The notes beneath the pieces were generated by a model that searched no databases, was not told the DNA's origin, and saw only the letters and a program-made list of their open reading frames with translations. From NCBI GenBank assembly GCA_012511005.1, contig JAAZGX010000077.1, forward strand, positions 1 through 30,227: a stretch of 30,227 nt of DNA, in the 5' to 3' direction. The position numbers and the translations under genes are program-made. This document shows, one piece after another, positions 17,465-26,615 of the stretch (positions within the stretch are counted from its first letter, which is position 1; each line of letters begins with the position of its first letter). This DNA comes from Clostridiales bacterium (GTDB taxonomy: Bacteria; Bacillota; Clostridia; Oscillospirales; Acutalibacteraceae).

Positions 17465-17980
17465 TTAAATTAATAGTATTAATATTACTGCCGCACCCGC
17501 CGCCGCTAATGTTAAATACAGCTTAGAAAGCCTTGCTTTTTCTGATATGGCAAACTCCCTTTTCTTCAAAAATAGCTCCTCGCATTTTCCACAGATTAAA
17601 AGCTGTCCTGCTGTATCCGTAGTTCCAAGGGTTTTTCCGAAAGAGATTAAAGCGCTTATATCATCGGGCAGAAGATACTCTTTTATCATCTCGTTTTCCT
17701 TTACAGAACGCTCCCACACAAAGCCAAAGGAATAACCGTCATTTTTAAGCAAGTTAAGGCATTCGCCTAAAAACGAGAGCCTTTTAAAACTTTCATTACC
17801 GCAAAGCGATGCTATAAGCTCTCCCGTCGTGGGATTGTCAAATTGCAGACGCATTTTTACGGTTGTAAGCATTTCGCAGATTTCCTGAAAGAAATCGGCT
17901 CTGAATTTAAGCCCCTTTAGCTTATCGCCCGAAAGAATTAAGGGTATCAAAGCAAGGCAAATAATTGCCGCATACCTCAA
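17465..17980 (-). CDS. spoIIIAB: Stage III sporulation protein AB
   Basis: 171 aa with FG-TLGTTD--GQL motif and C-terminal TM; TTG start with an AGGAG SD. Confidence 0.85.
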   Translation of the reverse strand: MRYAAIICLALIPLILSGDKLKGLKFRADFFQEICEMLTTVKMRLQFDNPTTGELIASLCGNESFKRLSFLGECLNLLKNDGYSFGFVWERSVKENEMIKEYLLPDDISALISFGKTLGTTDTAGQLLICGKCEELFLKKREFAISEKARLSKLYLTLAAAGAAVILILLI

Positions 17981-17991
17981 TGTTAAAACTC

Positions 17992-18921
17992 CTAAAGTAA
18001 TGTTTTACAGTCTATTATTTCTTTTACCTCGCACGGCTTTTCCTTGCCGCAAAGAATAGCCGCCTTCTTAAAAGCTGTACTTTTTATCAGCATTTTTATT
18101 TGCGGTCTTGTTATCGCCTCGTCTATTGACGAGCCATGTGCCGTAGCTACAAAGCCTACGCCTGAGTTTACGCCCTCTATAATCTTTTTCGCCTCTATTA
18201 AATTCCCTACCTCGTCAAGAATGATAATATCGGGAGAAAAGCACCTTAGCGCTATTTCAATTCCTACCCCCTTTGGATAAAGAGATAACACATCAGTATT
18301 TATCCCTAAATCCCTGCCCTCGCCGCCTGCACCATATGCCCCGATTTCATCACGCTCGTCAACTACCGTTATCTTTTTCGGATTTATCGGCTCATTTGAA
18401 AAATACCTGCATATATCACGAAGAAGCGTTGTTTTTCCCGACATAGGCGAGCCGATTATCAAAAAACTGTCGCAATCGCCAAGTTGTGAAAGGAGCTTTT
18501 TACTGCAACCGTAAAAATCCCGTGCAATCCTTATATTTATTGAGGTAAAGCACCTTACTGCCGTAATTTCACTGTTTTTTACGGATGCCGTACCGCAAAT
18601 CCCCGCCCTGTGTCCGCCGGGGAGCGTAATATATCCCCTATTTATACACTCCGTATAGGAATGAACGGAGTATCGGCAGAGAGCCGCCGCCGCCTGCTCA
18701 AGATTTTCAGCACTCAAAATTATGCCGTTTTGAGGGTAAATTGAAGAAAGGCGACCTCCTGTGCATAAATACATAACCAAACCGTCAACAATAAATGAGA
18801 CTGCTCTTTTCGACCTAAGTCTTATTTCATTTACTTTAGACATCTTATCTTCGCCGATTGATAAAAGCTCACCCCTTAAATCCCTTGGTAAAAGCGAAAC
18901 GGCGTCCTTGTAGTTTTTCAT
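17992..18921 (-). CDS. spoIIIAA: Stage III sporulation protein AA (secretion-type ATPase)
   Basis: EIRLR, GYITLPGGHRAG, Walker A GSPMSGKTTLLRD, VVDERDEI, SPDIIILDEVG and ATAHG motifs. ATG 18921 is preferred because the ORF-track start overlaps the predicted promoter region; the exact start is uncertain. Confidence 0.93.
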   Translation of the reverse strand: MKNYKDAVSLLPRDLRGELLSIGEDKMSKVNEIRLRSKRAVSFIVDGLVMYLCTGGRLSSIYPQNGIILSAENLEQAAAALCRYSVHSYTECINRGYITLPGGHRAGICGTASVKNSEITAVRCFTSINIRIARDFYGCSKKLLSQLGDCDSFLIIGSPMSGKTTLLRDICRYFSNEPINPKKITVVDERDEIGAYGAGGEGRDLGINTDVLSLYPKGVGIEIALRCFSPDIIILDEVGNLIEAKKIIEGVNSGVGFVATAHGSSIDEAITRPQIKMLIKSTAFKKAAILCGKEKPCEVKEIIDCKTLL

Positions 18922-19004
18922 ATTTAATTTTATTAACACTTGTCCTAAAATAGAACGGATTTTCTTTAAGCCATAACAGAAATACCATCGCGCCATATTT
19001 GTTA

Positions 19005-19033
19005 TATATATTGAAATAGCAGAGCTAATATGG
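19005..19033 (-). promoter_or_regulatory. sigE-like promoter for the spoIIIA operon
   Basis: CCATATT-N14-AATATATA. Confidence 0.5.
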
Positions 19034-19039
19034 TACTAT
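19011..19039 (+). promoter_or_regulatory. sigA-type promoter for yfhO-comM
   Basis: TTGAAA-N17-TACTAT with TG extended -10. Confidence 0.55.
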
Positions 19040-19075
19040 TTGTTATAGTCTAATCTAACGAAAGAAGGTTAATGA

Positions 19076-22027
19076 GTGGATAACGAAAAAAATGTCGCTC
19101 CTCTTACGGCAAAGAGCGAAGAAACCGGTAAGAAAAAAAGAAAGTTTAAGATAGATTATAATTTAATAAAAAGCGCGGCATACGAAAACAGGTTTATGTT
19201 TCTTGCCGCACTTTGCACGGCTCTCATTATGCTTGTGGTTTATTATTGCTATAACCTTTTCCCGTTTGGAGAGGTAACTATACTTAGAATGGATTTGTAC
19301 CACCAATACGGACCGCTTTATGCCGAGTTTTATGACAGGTTGACGAGCGGCGCATCTTTTCTTTATTCATGGACTACCGGCGGCGGAAGCGGCTTTTTAG
19401 GTAATTTCTCAAACTATATATCCTCACCGTTTTCACTGTTAATACTGTTTTTTGGGCATAAAAATATGCCCGAGGCTATTGCCGCTATAATTTTACTGAA
19501 ATCTGCTGCCGCCTCTTTCACATGCTCTTATTTTCTTAAAAACTCGCAAAAGCACAACACGCCGGCAACGGCAGCTTTCGGTGTTTTATACGCGTGCAGC
19601 GGCTTCTTTATAGCTTATTACTGGAATATTATGTGGCTTGACGCGTTTTATCTACTGCCGCTTATAGCCCTTGGAATTGAGCAATTGATAGGAAAAAGAA
19701 AATCCCTGCTCTATTACATCGCTCTCATTCTTGCTGCTTTAACAAACTACTATATGGCGTATATGCTTGCTATTTTCTCCGTTTTATACTTCTTGAGCTT
19801 TTATTTCGGTCATTACTCTTTAGCCGACACATATTTCGGTAAGCTTGCTAAAAACAAAGATAAAAAGCCGTTAAAAAGAATTAGCGGAAATTTTGTGCGG
19901 ATAATTAGAAACTCCCGTTTTCTTGACAGCGGCATTAGGTTCGCTTTTACGGCTTTAGGCGCCGTGCTTTCTTGTGCTTTTTTACTCATTCCCCTTTATT
20001 ATATACTGAGCGTTTGCTCCGCCACCTCTGATTCGTGGCCTCAAAACTGGAAAGAATATTTTACTGTTTTTGACTTTTTAGCAAATCACCTTGCGCACCT
20101 TGACCCGACTATCAGAAGCAGCGGAGAGGATGTGCTGCCGAATATTTATGCCGGTATTTTACCGCTTATGCTCGTACCGCTATACCTTTTCTCTAAAAAA
20201 ATATCTATAAGGGAAAAAGCAGCGGATGTCGCTTTACTTGGTGTGTTCTTTGCATCGTTTTATATAAATAAAGTTAATTTTGTGTGGCACGGGTTTCATT
20301 TCCCTAATGATTTGCCGTACAGATTTTCAAATATGTACTCACTCCTCCTTATTGCAATCGCATTTAAGGCTTACAGGAACATTAAAGAGTTTACAAGCAG
20401 GCAAATTCTCGGCTCCGGTTTAGCTATTGTGATTTTCGCCATTCTTGTACAGGAGATAGGCTCTAAAAACTTTTCTGAGCTGTCACTATGGATAACAATA
20501 GCGTTCGTCGGTATTTATGTAGCTTCGTTATATTTAATTAAGGATAAAAGATATCCGGCATTTGCCGCCGCAACCCTTTTACTGTGCGCTGTTTCTGCAG
20601 AATATACGATAGCTAACACTAATCACTACAGCATGGACCAGACAAAATCATCTTACGCAGGTGACTACAATGATTTTACAGTATTAAAAGATGTGCTTGA
20701 CACGCGTGAAAATAATCGGTTTTACAGAATGGAGCTTTCAAAAATAAGGGCGCGCATGGACCCCGCGTGGTACAATTACAACGGTGTTTCAACCTTTTCT
20801 TCTATGGCTTATGAAAAGGTGTCTAATCTGCACTATTATTTGGGACTGTACAGCAACTATATAAACAGCCACACATATAATCCGCAGACGCCAATATATA
20901 ACTCAATGTTTTCCTTGAAATATATTGTTGACAATGCCGATAAACTAAATAACGACACGCTTTATACGGAAGTTGCTTCCTCAGGTGTTTTTAAGGCGTA
21001 TCGCAATAACTTTTATCTGCCGATAGCATATAGAGTAAACGCTGATATAGCTTTTTGGCAGCATGAGGGCACAAATCCGTTTGCTATTCAAAATGACTAT
21101 ATTAAAAATGCCGCGGGTGTTGATGAGGTGCTTGTAAACATTCCGTCATTCGGCACGGAATATAACAATATTGATTTGTTCACTAACGAGGAGTTTGCAA
21201 CGGGTATATTTTATTACAATAAAACTGAGGGTGTTGAGGAAGGCACCGTAACGATGAATTATATAACTACAAAGTCTCAAAACCTTTACCTTTTCTTAAA
21301 ATCTTCCACTTCGTCAGTCAAGTCTATTGAGCTTTCGAGCGATTACGGATATTTTACTACTCAGTCTGTTGATACAAAGCCATATGTCTTTGACCTTGGC
21401 ATGCGTGAGGCGGGTGAGATTATCTCCGTTAAAGTGCCGATAACGGGAGCGTCTACCGGTATTTTGTACATCCATATGGCAGGTCTTGATATGGATGCGT
21501 TTAGAGAGGCATACAGCACATTACAATCTGATGCCATTAACATTACAAGCTTTAGTGATACGAGAATTAAGGGTGATATTAATGTATCTGAAGACGGTGT
21601 TTTATATACCTCTATAAACTATGACAGAAGCTGGACTGTGTTTATAGACGGTAAAAAGATAAATCCCGACACTTATATAAAAGTAGGTGATGCACTTCTT
21701 TCTGTACCTATAACTGAGGGTTATCATACGGTTGAGTTTAAGTTCTTTCCTTACGGAATGCCAATAGGAATAGCAATTACAGTCATTACGCTTGCTATCG
21801 TCTTTGTTTTATATCTTCTTCACAAGCTTCATGCGTTTAAGTTTGACCCGAAAACCGCAAAGCAGGAGCGTAAAGAGCAATTAGCTTTAGAAGAAGCCTT
21901 GCCGCCCATAACACTATATTCAGGAGATATTAATACCGAGGACGAGATATTTTACTTTGACAGCGAAAAGTATAATAATTCTTTAGAAGACGGGGCGCAA
22001 GAGGAAGATGAAAATCCTGAAACCTGA
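19076..22027 (+). CDS. YfhO-family polytopic membrane protein (GT-C type glycosyltransferase, teichoic-acid glycosylation-like)
   Basis: MDLYHQY-P-Y, Y-W--G-G--F, Y-SSPF, NIMWLD, NYYMAYM, W-GF-FPN---YR, FSS and SINYD--W motifs; many TM segments and an acidic C-terminal tail. Confidence 0.85.
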   Translation: MDNEKNVAPLTAKSEETGKKKRKFKIDYNLIKSAAYENRFMFLAALCTALIMLVVYYCYNLFPFGEVTILRMDLYHQYGPLYAEFYDRLTSGASFLYSWTTGGGSGFLGNFSNYISSPFSLLILFFGHKNMPEAIAAIILLKSAAASFTCSYFLKNSQKHNTPATAAFGVLYACSGFFIAYYWNIMWLDAFYLLPLIALGIEQLIGKRKSLLYYIALILAALTNYYMAYMLAIFSVLYFLSFYFGHYSLADTYFGKLAKNKDKKPLKRISGNFVRIIRNSRFLDSGIRFAFTALGAVLSCAFLLIPLYYILSVCSATSDSWPQNWKEYFTVFDFLANHLAHLDPTIRSSGEDVLPNIYAGILPLMLVPLYLFSKKISIREKAADVALLGVFFASFYINKVNFVWHGFHFPNDLPYRFSNMYSLLLIAIAFKAYRNIKEFTSRQILGSGLAIVIFAILVQEIGSKNFSELSLWITIAFVGIYVASLYLIKDKRYPAFAAATLLLCAVSAEYTIANTNHYSMDQTKSSYAGDYNDFTVLKDVLDTRENNRFYRMELSKIRARMDPAWYNYNGVSTFSSMAYEKVSNLHYYLGLYSNYINSHTYNPQTPIYNSMFSLKYIVDNADKLNNDTLYTEVASSGVFKAYRNNFYLPIAYRVNADIAFWQHEGTNPFAIQNDYIKNAAGVDEVLVNIPSFGTEYNNIDLFTNEEFATGIFYYNKTEGVEEGTVTMNYITTKSQNLYLFLKSSTSSVKSIELSSDYGYFTTQSVDTKPYVFDLGMREAGEIISVKVPITGASTGILYIHMAGLDMDAFREAYSTLQSDAINITSFSDTRIKGDINVSEDGVLYTSINYDRSWTVFIDGKKINPDTYIKVGDALLSVPITEGYHTVEFKFFPYGMPIGIAITVITLAIVFVLYLLHKLHAFKFDPKTAKQERKEQLALEEALPPITLYSGDINTEDEIFYFDSEKYNNSLEDGAQEEDENPET

Positions 22028-22042
22028 TAGGAGAAAGTAATT

Positions 22043-23584
22043 TTGTTTGCAAAAGTTAACAGCGTTGGGCTTTTAGGGCTTGACTCTTATATGGTTGAGG
22101 CAGAGGTGGACTTATCTCAGGGTAAGTACAGGTTTGATATTGTAGGTCTGCCTGATGCCGCGGTAAGTGAATCGCGCGAGCGTGTTGTCTCGGCAATAAA
22201 AAACAGCGGTATGCTTTTTGAGCCTACGCGCCATGTTACTGTAAACCTTGCCCCTGCTGACACTCGAAAAGAGGGCGCTTTATATGACTTGCCTATTCTA
22301 ACGGCTATTCTTGCCGCAACAAAGCAGATAAATGCTGACCTTTCCCGCTCTGCATTTATAGGCGAGCTTTCACTTTCGGGGGAACTAAGGCGCATAAACG
22401 GCGTACTTCCTATGGTTATTGCGGCAAAAGAAAATGGTATGCGCGTTATTTATGTCCCGTTTGATAACGCCGACGAAGGCGCCATTGTAGAGGGAATACA
22501 AGTTTATCCTGTAAGAACTATTAGGGAGCTTGTAAGCCATTTGAACGGCAAAAGCTTTATAAAACCAGTACCTCTTAAAAAGTTTACAATGGCGGCGCCT
22601 GACCCGCTGTTGCCTGACTTTTCTGATGTTAAAGGGCAGTACGAAGTAAAGCGCGCGCTTGAGGTTGCCGCTGCGGGCGGGCATAATGTAATTATGATAG
22701 GTCCTCCCGGCTCCGGTAAAAGTATGCTTGCTAAAAGAGTTTCAGGGATTTTGCCTGATATGACATTTAATGAGGCGCTTGAAACAACAAAAATCTACTC
22801 CTTGGCGGGCGAGCTTAAAAGCGAAACACCGATTATAAACAGCAGACCTTTTCGCTCTCCGCACCACACCGTTTCTTCTGTCGGTCTTTCGGGCGGCGGC
22901 TCCATTCCAAAGCCGGGTGAGCTTTCACTTTCACACAATGGGGTTTTGTTTTTAGACGAGCTGCCCGAATTTCCAAGGGTGACTATGGAAGTATTGCGCC
23001 AGCCTATGGAAAATGGCACAATTACAATTTCAAGAGCTGCATGCACGCTTACATATCCGTGCGATGTTATGGTTATATGCGCTATGAATCCATGCCCGTG
23101 CGGATACTACGGTCATCCCGTAAAACAGTGCCGATGTCCGAAAGGCGCGGCAGCGAAGTATTTAGCCAAAGTATCGGGACCGCTTCTTGACAGACTTGAT
23201 ATACATATCGAAGTGCCGCAGGTAGAGTATTCACAGCTTTCAAACAGAGCGCCCGCTGAAAGCTCTGCCGCTATTCGGGAAAGAGTGAATAAAGCGCGCA
23301 AAATACAACAGGAGCGTTTTTCAGGCACAGGCATAAACTGCAACGCGAAAATGACTTCCGGAATGACGAGAAAATACTGTGAATTATCTGCTGACGCCGC
23401 AAAAATACTTGAAACGGCGTTTGAAAGACTTGACCTTTCCGCAAGGGCATATGATAAAATTTTGCGAATATCAAGAACGATAGCCGATTTAGACGGTCTT
23501 TCACATATTAGTACCTCTCATATTATGGAGGCTGTTCAGTACAGAAGTCTTGACAGAAAATTTTGGAGTATGGGCAGAAATTAA
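22043..23584 (+). CDS. comM: YifB/ComM Mg-chelatase-like AAA+ ATPase
   Basis: IVGLPDAAV-ESRERV, NLAPAD-RKEG, GPPGSGKS, RSPHHT, LFLDELPEF, AMNPCPCG, SGPLLDRLD and LSARAYD motifs; TTG start with an AGGAG SD. Confidence 0.92.
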   Translation: MFAKVNSVGLLGLDSYMVEAEVDLSQGKYRFDIVGLPDAAVSESRERVVSAIKNSGMLFEPTRHVTVNLAPADTRKEGALYDLPILTAILAATKQINADLSRSAFIGELSLSGELRRINGVLPMVIAAKENGMRVIYVPFDNADEGAIVEGIQVYPVRTIRELVSHLNGKSFIKPVPLKKFTMAAPDPLLPDFSDVKGQYEVKRALEVAAAGGHNVIMIGPPGSGKSMLAKRVSGILPDMTFNEALETTKIYSLAGELKSETPIINSRPFRSPHHTVSSVGLSGGGSIPKPGELSLSHNGVLFLDELPEFPRVTMEVLRQPMENGTITISRAACTLTYPCDVMVICAMNPCPCGYYGHPVKQCRCPKGAAAKYLAKVSGPLLDRLDIHIEVPQVEYSQLSNRAPAESSAAIRERVNKARKIQQERFSGTGINCNAKMTSGMTRKYCELSADAAKILETAFERLDLSARAYDKILRISRTIADLDGLSHISTSHIMEAVQYRSLDRKFWSMGRN

Positions 23585-23587
23585 AAC

Positions 23588-23606
23588 GCGCCGCAAAAAG
23601 CGGCGC
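23588..23606. terminator. GC-rich hairpin between convergent comM and nagB
   Basis: GCGCCGC-aaaaa-GCGGCGC, followed by GTTTT on the minus strand. Confidence 0.65.
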
Positions 23607-23629
23607 ATAATTATTTAACACAATATATT

Positions 23630-24361
23630 TTATAAAAGTGAAGCGGCTTCTTTATCAAGTAAAACAGTCACATCACTATGGCTTTGGAGTATTGACGCGG
23701 GAACTGACGGAGTAATCTCACCTTTTATCATATTCTTTATTGCCTTTGCTTTTTTCTCTCCCATTGCAAGCAGTATAATGGATTTTGCTTTGCAAATGTT
23801 TTCTACGCCCATTGTCAGCGCATATTGAGGCATTTCCGACTCTGTAAAATAAATCTTATTTGCTTCAATCGTGCTGTCAGTAAGCTTAGTTTTATAAGAG
23901 CCTTTTGAAAACTCGTCTGACGGCTCGTTAAAAGCGATATGAGCATTGTTGCCTATGCCGAGAATTTGTAAATCTACTCCGCCTTTTTCCTCCACAAGTG
24001 CGTCATACCGCGCACACTCAGCTTCCGTATCGGCGGCGTTACCATCATGAAAATTAACATTTTCTTCTTTTATATCAATGTGATTGAAAAGTGTTTCATG
24101 CATAAATGTGTAATAGCTGTTTTTATCATTTTTAGGAATATTGCAATATTCGTCAAGATTAAATGTTGTAACATCCTTAAAAGACAGTTCATTTTGTTTA
24201 TACATCTCAATAAGTGCCTCATATGTCAAAATAGGCGACGCACCCGTCGCAAGCCCTAAAACACTGTCTGGCTTGCTTTTTATTTGAGTGGCAATCATTT
24301 GTGCCGCCTCTTTTGCTATTTGCTCCTTCGTATCAAAAACCTTTATATTAATCGTAATCAC
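23630..24361 (-). CDS. nagB: Glucosamine-6-phosphate deaminase
   Basis: LGLATGASP, TFNLDEY, DLQILGIGNNAHIAFNEP, ALTMGV and PASILQ-H motifs. The start is ambiguous (GTG 24361 or ATT 24352). Confidence 0.95.
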   Translation of the reverse strand: MITINIKVFDTKEQIAKEAAQMIATQIKSKPDSVLGLATGASPILTYEALIEMYKQNELSFKDVTTFNLDEYCNIPKNDKNSYYTFMHETLFNHIDIKEENVNFHDGNAADTEAECARYDALVEEKGGVDLQILGIGNNAHIAFNEPSDEFSKGSYKTKLTDSTIEANKIYFTESEMPQYALTMGVENICKAKSIILLAMGEKKAKAIKNMIKGEITPSVPASILQSHSDVTVLLDKEAASLL

Positions 24362-25059
24362 TCCTTGATTATTTTTCTTGCTATTGCTATCGGTGTTTGC
24401 TCCCTGCCCTGCCCTAATGGGTTGTCCTCAAATATGGCTTTGCACATTTCAACGGATAAAAATTCATCAGAAACGCCAAGTACATCTCTGCCTAAATCGT
24501 TAGCATCCATTATAGCGACCATACATCCCGTATACTCCATTAACTCCTTTGCAACCTTTTCTGGATTTAACGGCGCAAGCTTTGCTGCGTGGTTATAAGG
24601 CGGAATAGTATAGTCACACGGTCCGTCAATAGCCCTTGCTCTCGTTCCCGCAATCTTATAAAACACTCCTCTTACTCCAAACGGTTTAGTAACAGCAGAG
24701 CAAAAGGCGGCAAAAAGTATTCTTGGTATACCTACATCCTTTAGCGCCAACTCCATAGTCCATGGACTTCCAAGTCCGATACCATAGGGTGTTTTCACAA
24801 CGAACTTGCAAAGCAGTTTAGCAAGCCGCGACGGCTTAATATCATCAATATCAAACGACCTGCCTTGGCTAATAGCAACAATTTTTTCGCTTATAAATAT
24901 CATATCCCCGTCTTTTATATGCGGCTTTACATACTTGTCCATCATATCTTTAAGACTATCCCCTTTTACGACTACATGCGTTTTAACGGGGAACCTTAAA
25001 AAGTCACCATACGGTGTGGATATTTTTAATTCTTTATTCTCATTAGGAACAAACTCCAT
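24358..25059 (-). CDS. CofE-like (F420-0:gamma-glutamyl ligase family) amide ligase, substrate unknown
   Basis: TH-V--GD, ISEKIVAISQGR, AIDG, DAND-G and DNPLGQG-EQTPI motifs; 233 aa single domain. Confidence 0.78.
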   Translation of the reverse strand: MEFVPNENKELKISTPYGDFLRFPVKTHVVVKGDSLKDMMDKYVKPHIKDGDMIFISEKIVAISQGRSFDIDDIKPSRLAKLLCKFVVKTPYGIGLGSPWTMELALKDVGIPRILFAAFCSAVTKPFGVRGVFYKIAGTRARAIDGPCDYTIPPYNHAAKLAPLNPEKVAKELMEYTGCMVAIMDANDLGRDVLGVSDEFLSVEMCKAIFEDNPLGQGREQTPIAIARKIIKE

Positions 25060-25080
25060 ATTAAATCCTTATCTTTCGTA

Positions 25081-26532
25081 TTATTGTTTGTTTTTAGTAT
25101 TTTGCGTTTTTTTATACATATTTTCAAAAACCTCTGCGATTTTTCCTGCCGTTTTTACACCGAGTGAGTTAGTTTCCTCATAATGATTGCGCCCGTGAAT
25201 ATCCTTAGCGCGGTTAAGGTACGGCATATCAGTATCAAGCAGAAAGTCATTTGGCGGGATTATATAACCTACCTCGTCATTAGCAAGCCCAAATACTAAC
25301 AGCTCTTTATCATCGCATATTTCGACTAACGGCTTTGGATTAACTTCCGCTCCTTGACCCGTTGCGCTTTCTTCACTGCTTAAATACCCTCCGTATAAAA
25401 GCTCCGGAAAAAGTTCTCCAGGGATAAAAAGCATTTTTAGGCCGTCAAGCTCGAAATAAGTCATCTCCGACTTTAATGCAATCTTTAGCGGTGCATTATG
25501 AGAAATATATTTATCTACTTTAAGTATTCCTGCCATACCTGCTAAAATAAGCACAGTATTGTCCGCCTCAAAGTAAAAGCGTTGTTTCATCATACTCAAA
25601 TTTGGCTTTAGCTTTTTCTCATTTTTAATGGAAAGGGCATATTCGGCTAAATTTTCGCCAATCATTTTAGTCGATTTCGGTCTATCGTCATCAAGCAGAT
25701 GCATCGTTATCATTCCGCCTATTGCGCCTACAAAATATATAGTTTCCGCTCCCGTTTCTTCAAAAACCTTTCTTCTTAAATAGCACGGAAAATCAGCGCT
25801 TACGAGTGAGTTTTTACTTGAAAGTGATTCTGAATGGGCGGCAAAGTTTATAAAATACACCTGTCTGCCGCCGTCTTTGGGAACAAATCGAAGCCTCGTC
25901 AGCGTTTTCGAGAAAACTTCCGGTGTTCTAATATCCTTTTGCATATCAGGCACTTCAACTCGCCCCAAGAATATATCTCCGTCTTTTCTGTCCATATATG
26001 CCTTTTTAACAGCAGAGCGTACACCTGCTCTTAAGACTTCCATATAGTGCTTATCCCTACCCGTAAAAGGCAGCGGACCCCATATACCCATCGTATCTAT
26101 TCCTGCATGGCTGTGAGTGCTTAGTATTTCAACAGAGCGGCAGCCTGTTTCACTTATAAACTCTGAAAGAGAGGATTTTATAGCCTCTACATCTTTATTT
26201 AGCATACCTACATTATCAATAGAAACGAACACGACGGCGCCCCTGCCGCTATTGTCATCTATCCACACGGCATGTGCAAACGGGGTGTCCAAAACACCCG
26301 TTGCGGGGTTGTTTATATTGTATCCCGCAACATAATATTTTTTCTTGTCTAAGTCGCCGGGAAGGATTTCAGTTTTGCCAAATCCCACTGTAAACTTTTT
26401 GCCTTTTACATCCTTTATATAATCGAATTCGCTTTCCAGAATAGGTTGTATTTCTTTCGATTTAGATACTGCTTTTGCTCTTAACTTAACGCCCGCTCTT
26501 ATTAAATCAGATGCTTTCTTCCCTTTGCTCAT
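25081..26532 (-). CDS. Neutral/alkaline ceramidase-like metallo-amidohydrolase, paralog A (no signal or TM segment)
   Basis: AGY, SID-VG, STHSHAG, FAAH, SADFP, PGE, GLAND--GY and HYEE motifs in the order seen in the neutral ceramidase fold. Start moved to ATG 26532 (GGTGGTGAG SD). Confidence 0.65.
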   Translation of the reverse strand: MSKGKKASDLIRAGVKLRAKAVSKSKEIQPILESEFDYIKDVKGKKFTVGFGKTEILPGDLDKKKYYVAGYNINNPATGVLDTPFAHAVWIDDNSGRGAVVFVSIDNVGMLNKDVEAIKSSLSEFISETGCRSVEILSTHSHAGIDTMGIWGPLPFTGRDKHYMEVLRAGVRSAVKKAYMDRKDGDIFLGRVEVPDMQKDIRTPEVFSKTLTRLRFVPKDGGRQVYFINFAAHSESLSSKNSLVSADFPCYLRRKVFEETGAETIYFVGAIGGMITMHLLDDDRPKSTKMIGENLAEYALSIKNEKKLKPNLSMMKQRFYFEADNTVLILAGMAGILKVDKYISHNAPLKIALKSEMTYFELDGLKMLFIPGELFPELLYGGYLSSEESATGQGAEVNPKPLVEICDDKELLVFGLANDEVGYIIPPNDFLLDTDMPYLNRAKDIHGRNHYEETNSLGVKTAGKIAEVFENMYKKTQNTKNKQ

Positions 26533-26561
26533 ACACTCACCACCAATCATTTATATTCATA

Positions 26562-26590
26562 ATATTAGCACCGCAGAAAAAAAATGTCAA
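26562..26590 (-). promoter_or_regulatory. sigA-type promoter for paralog A-cofE-like-nagB
   Basis: TTGACA-N17-TAATAT with TG extended -10. Confidence 0.7.
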
Positions 26591-26615
26591 CTTGATATAC
26601 ACAAATCTTAGAATA

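Noticed and set aside
24358-25059. Evidence of F420 biosynthesis in this organism
   Set aside because: A lone CofE homologue without other cof/fbi genes in the window is insufficient.
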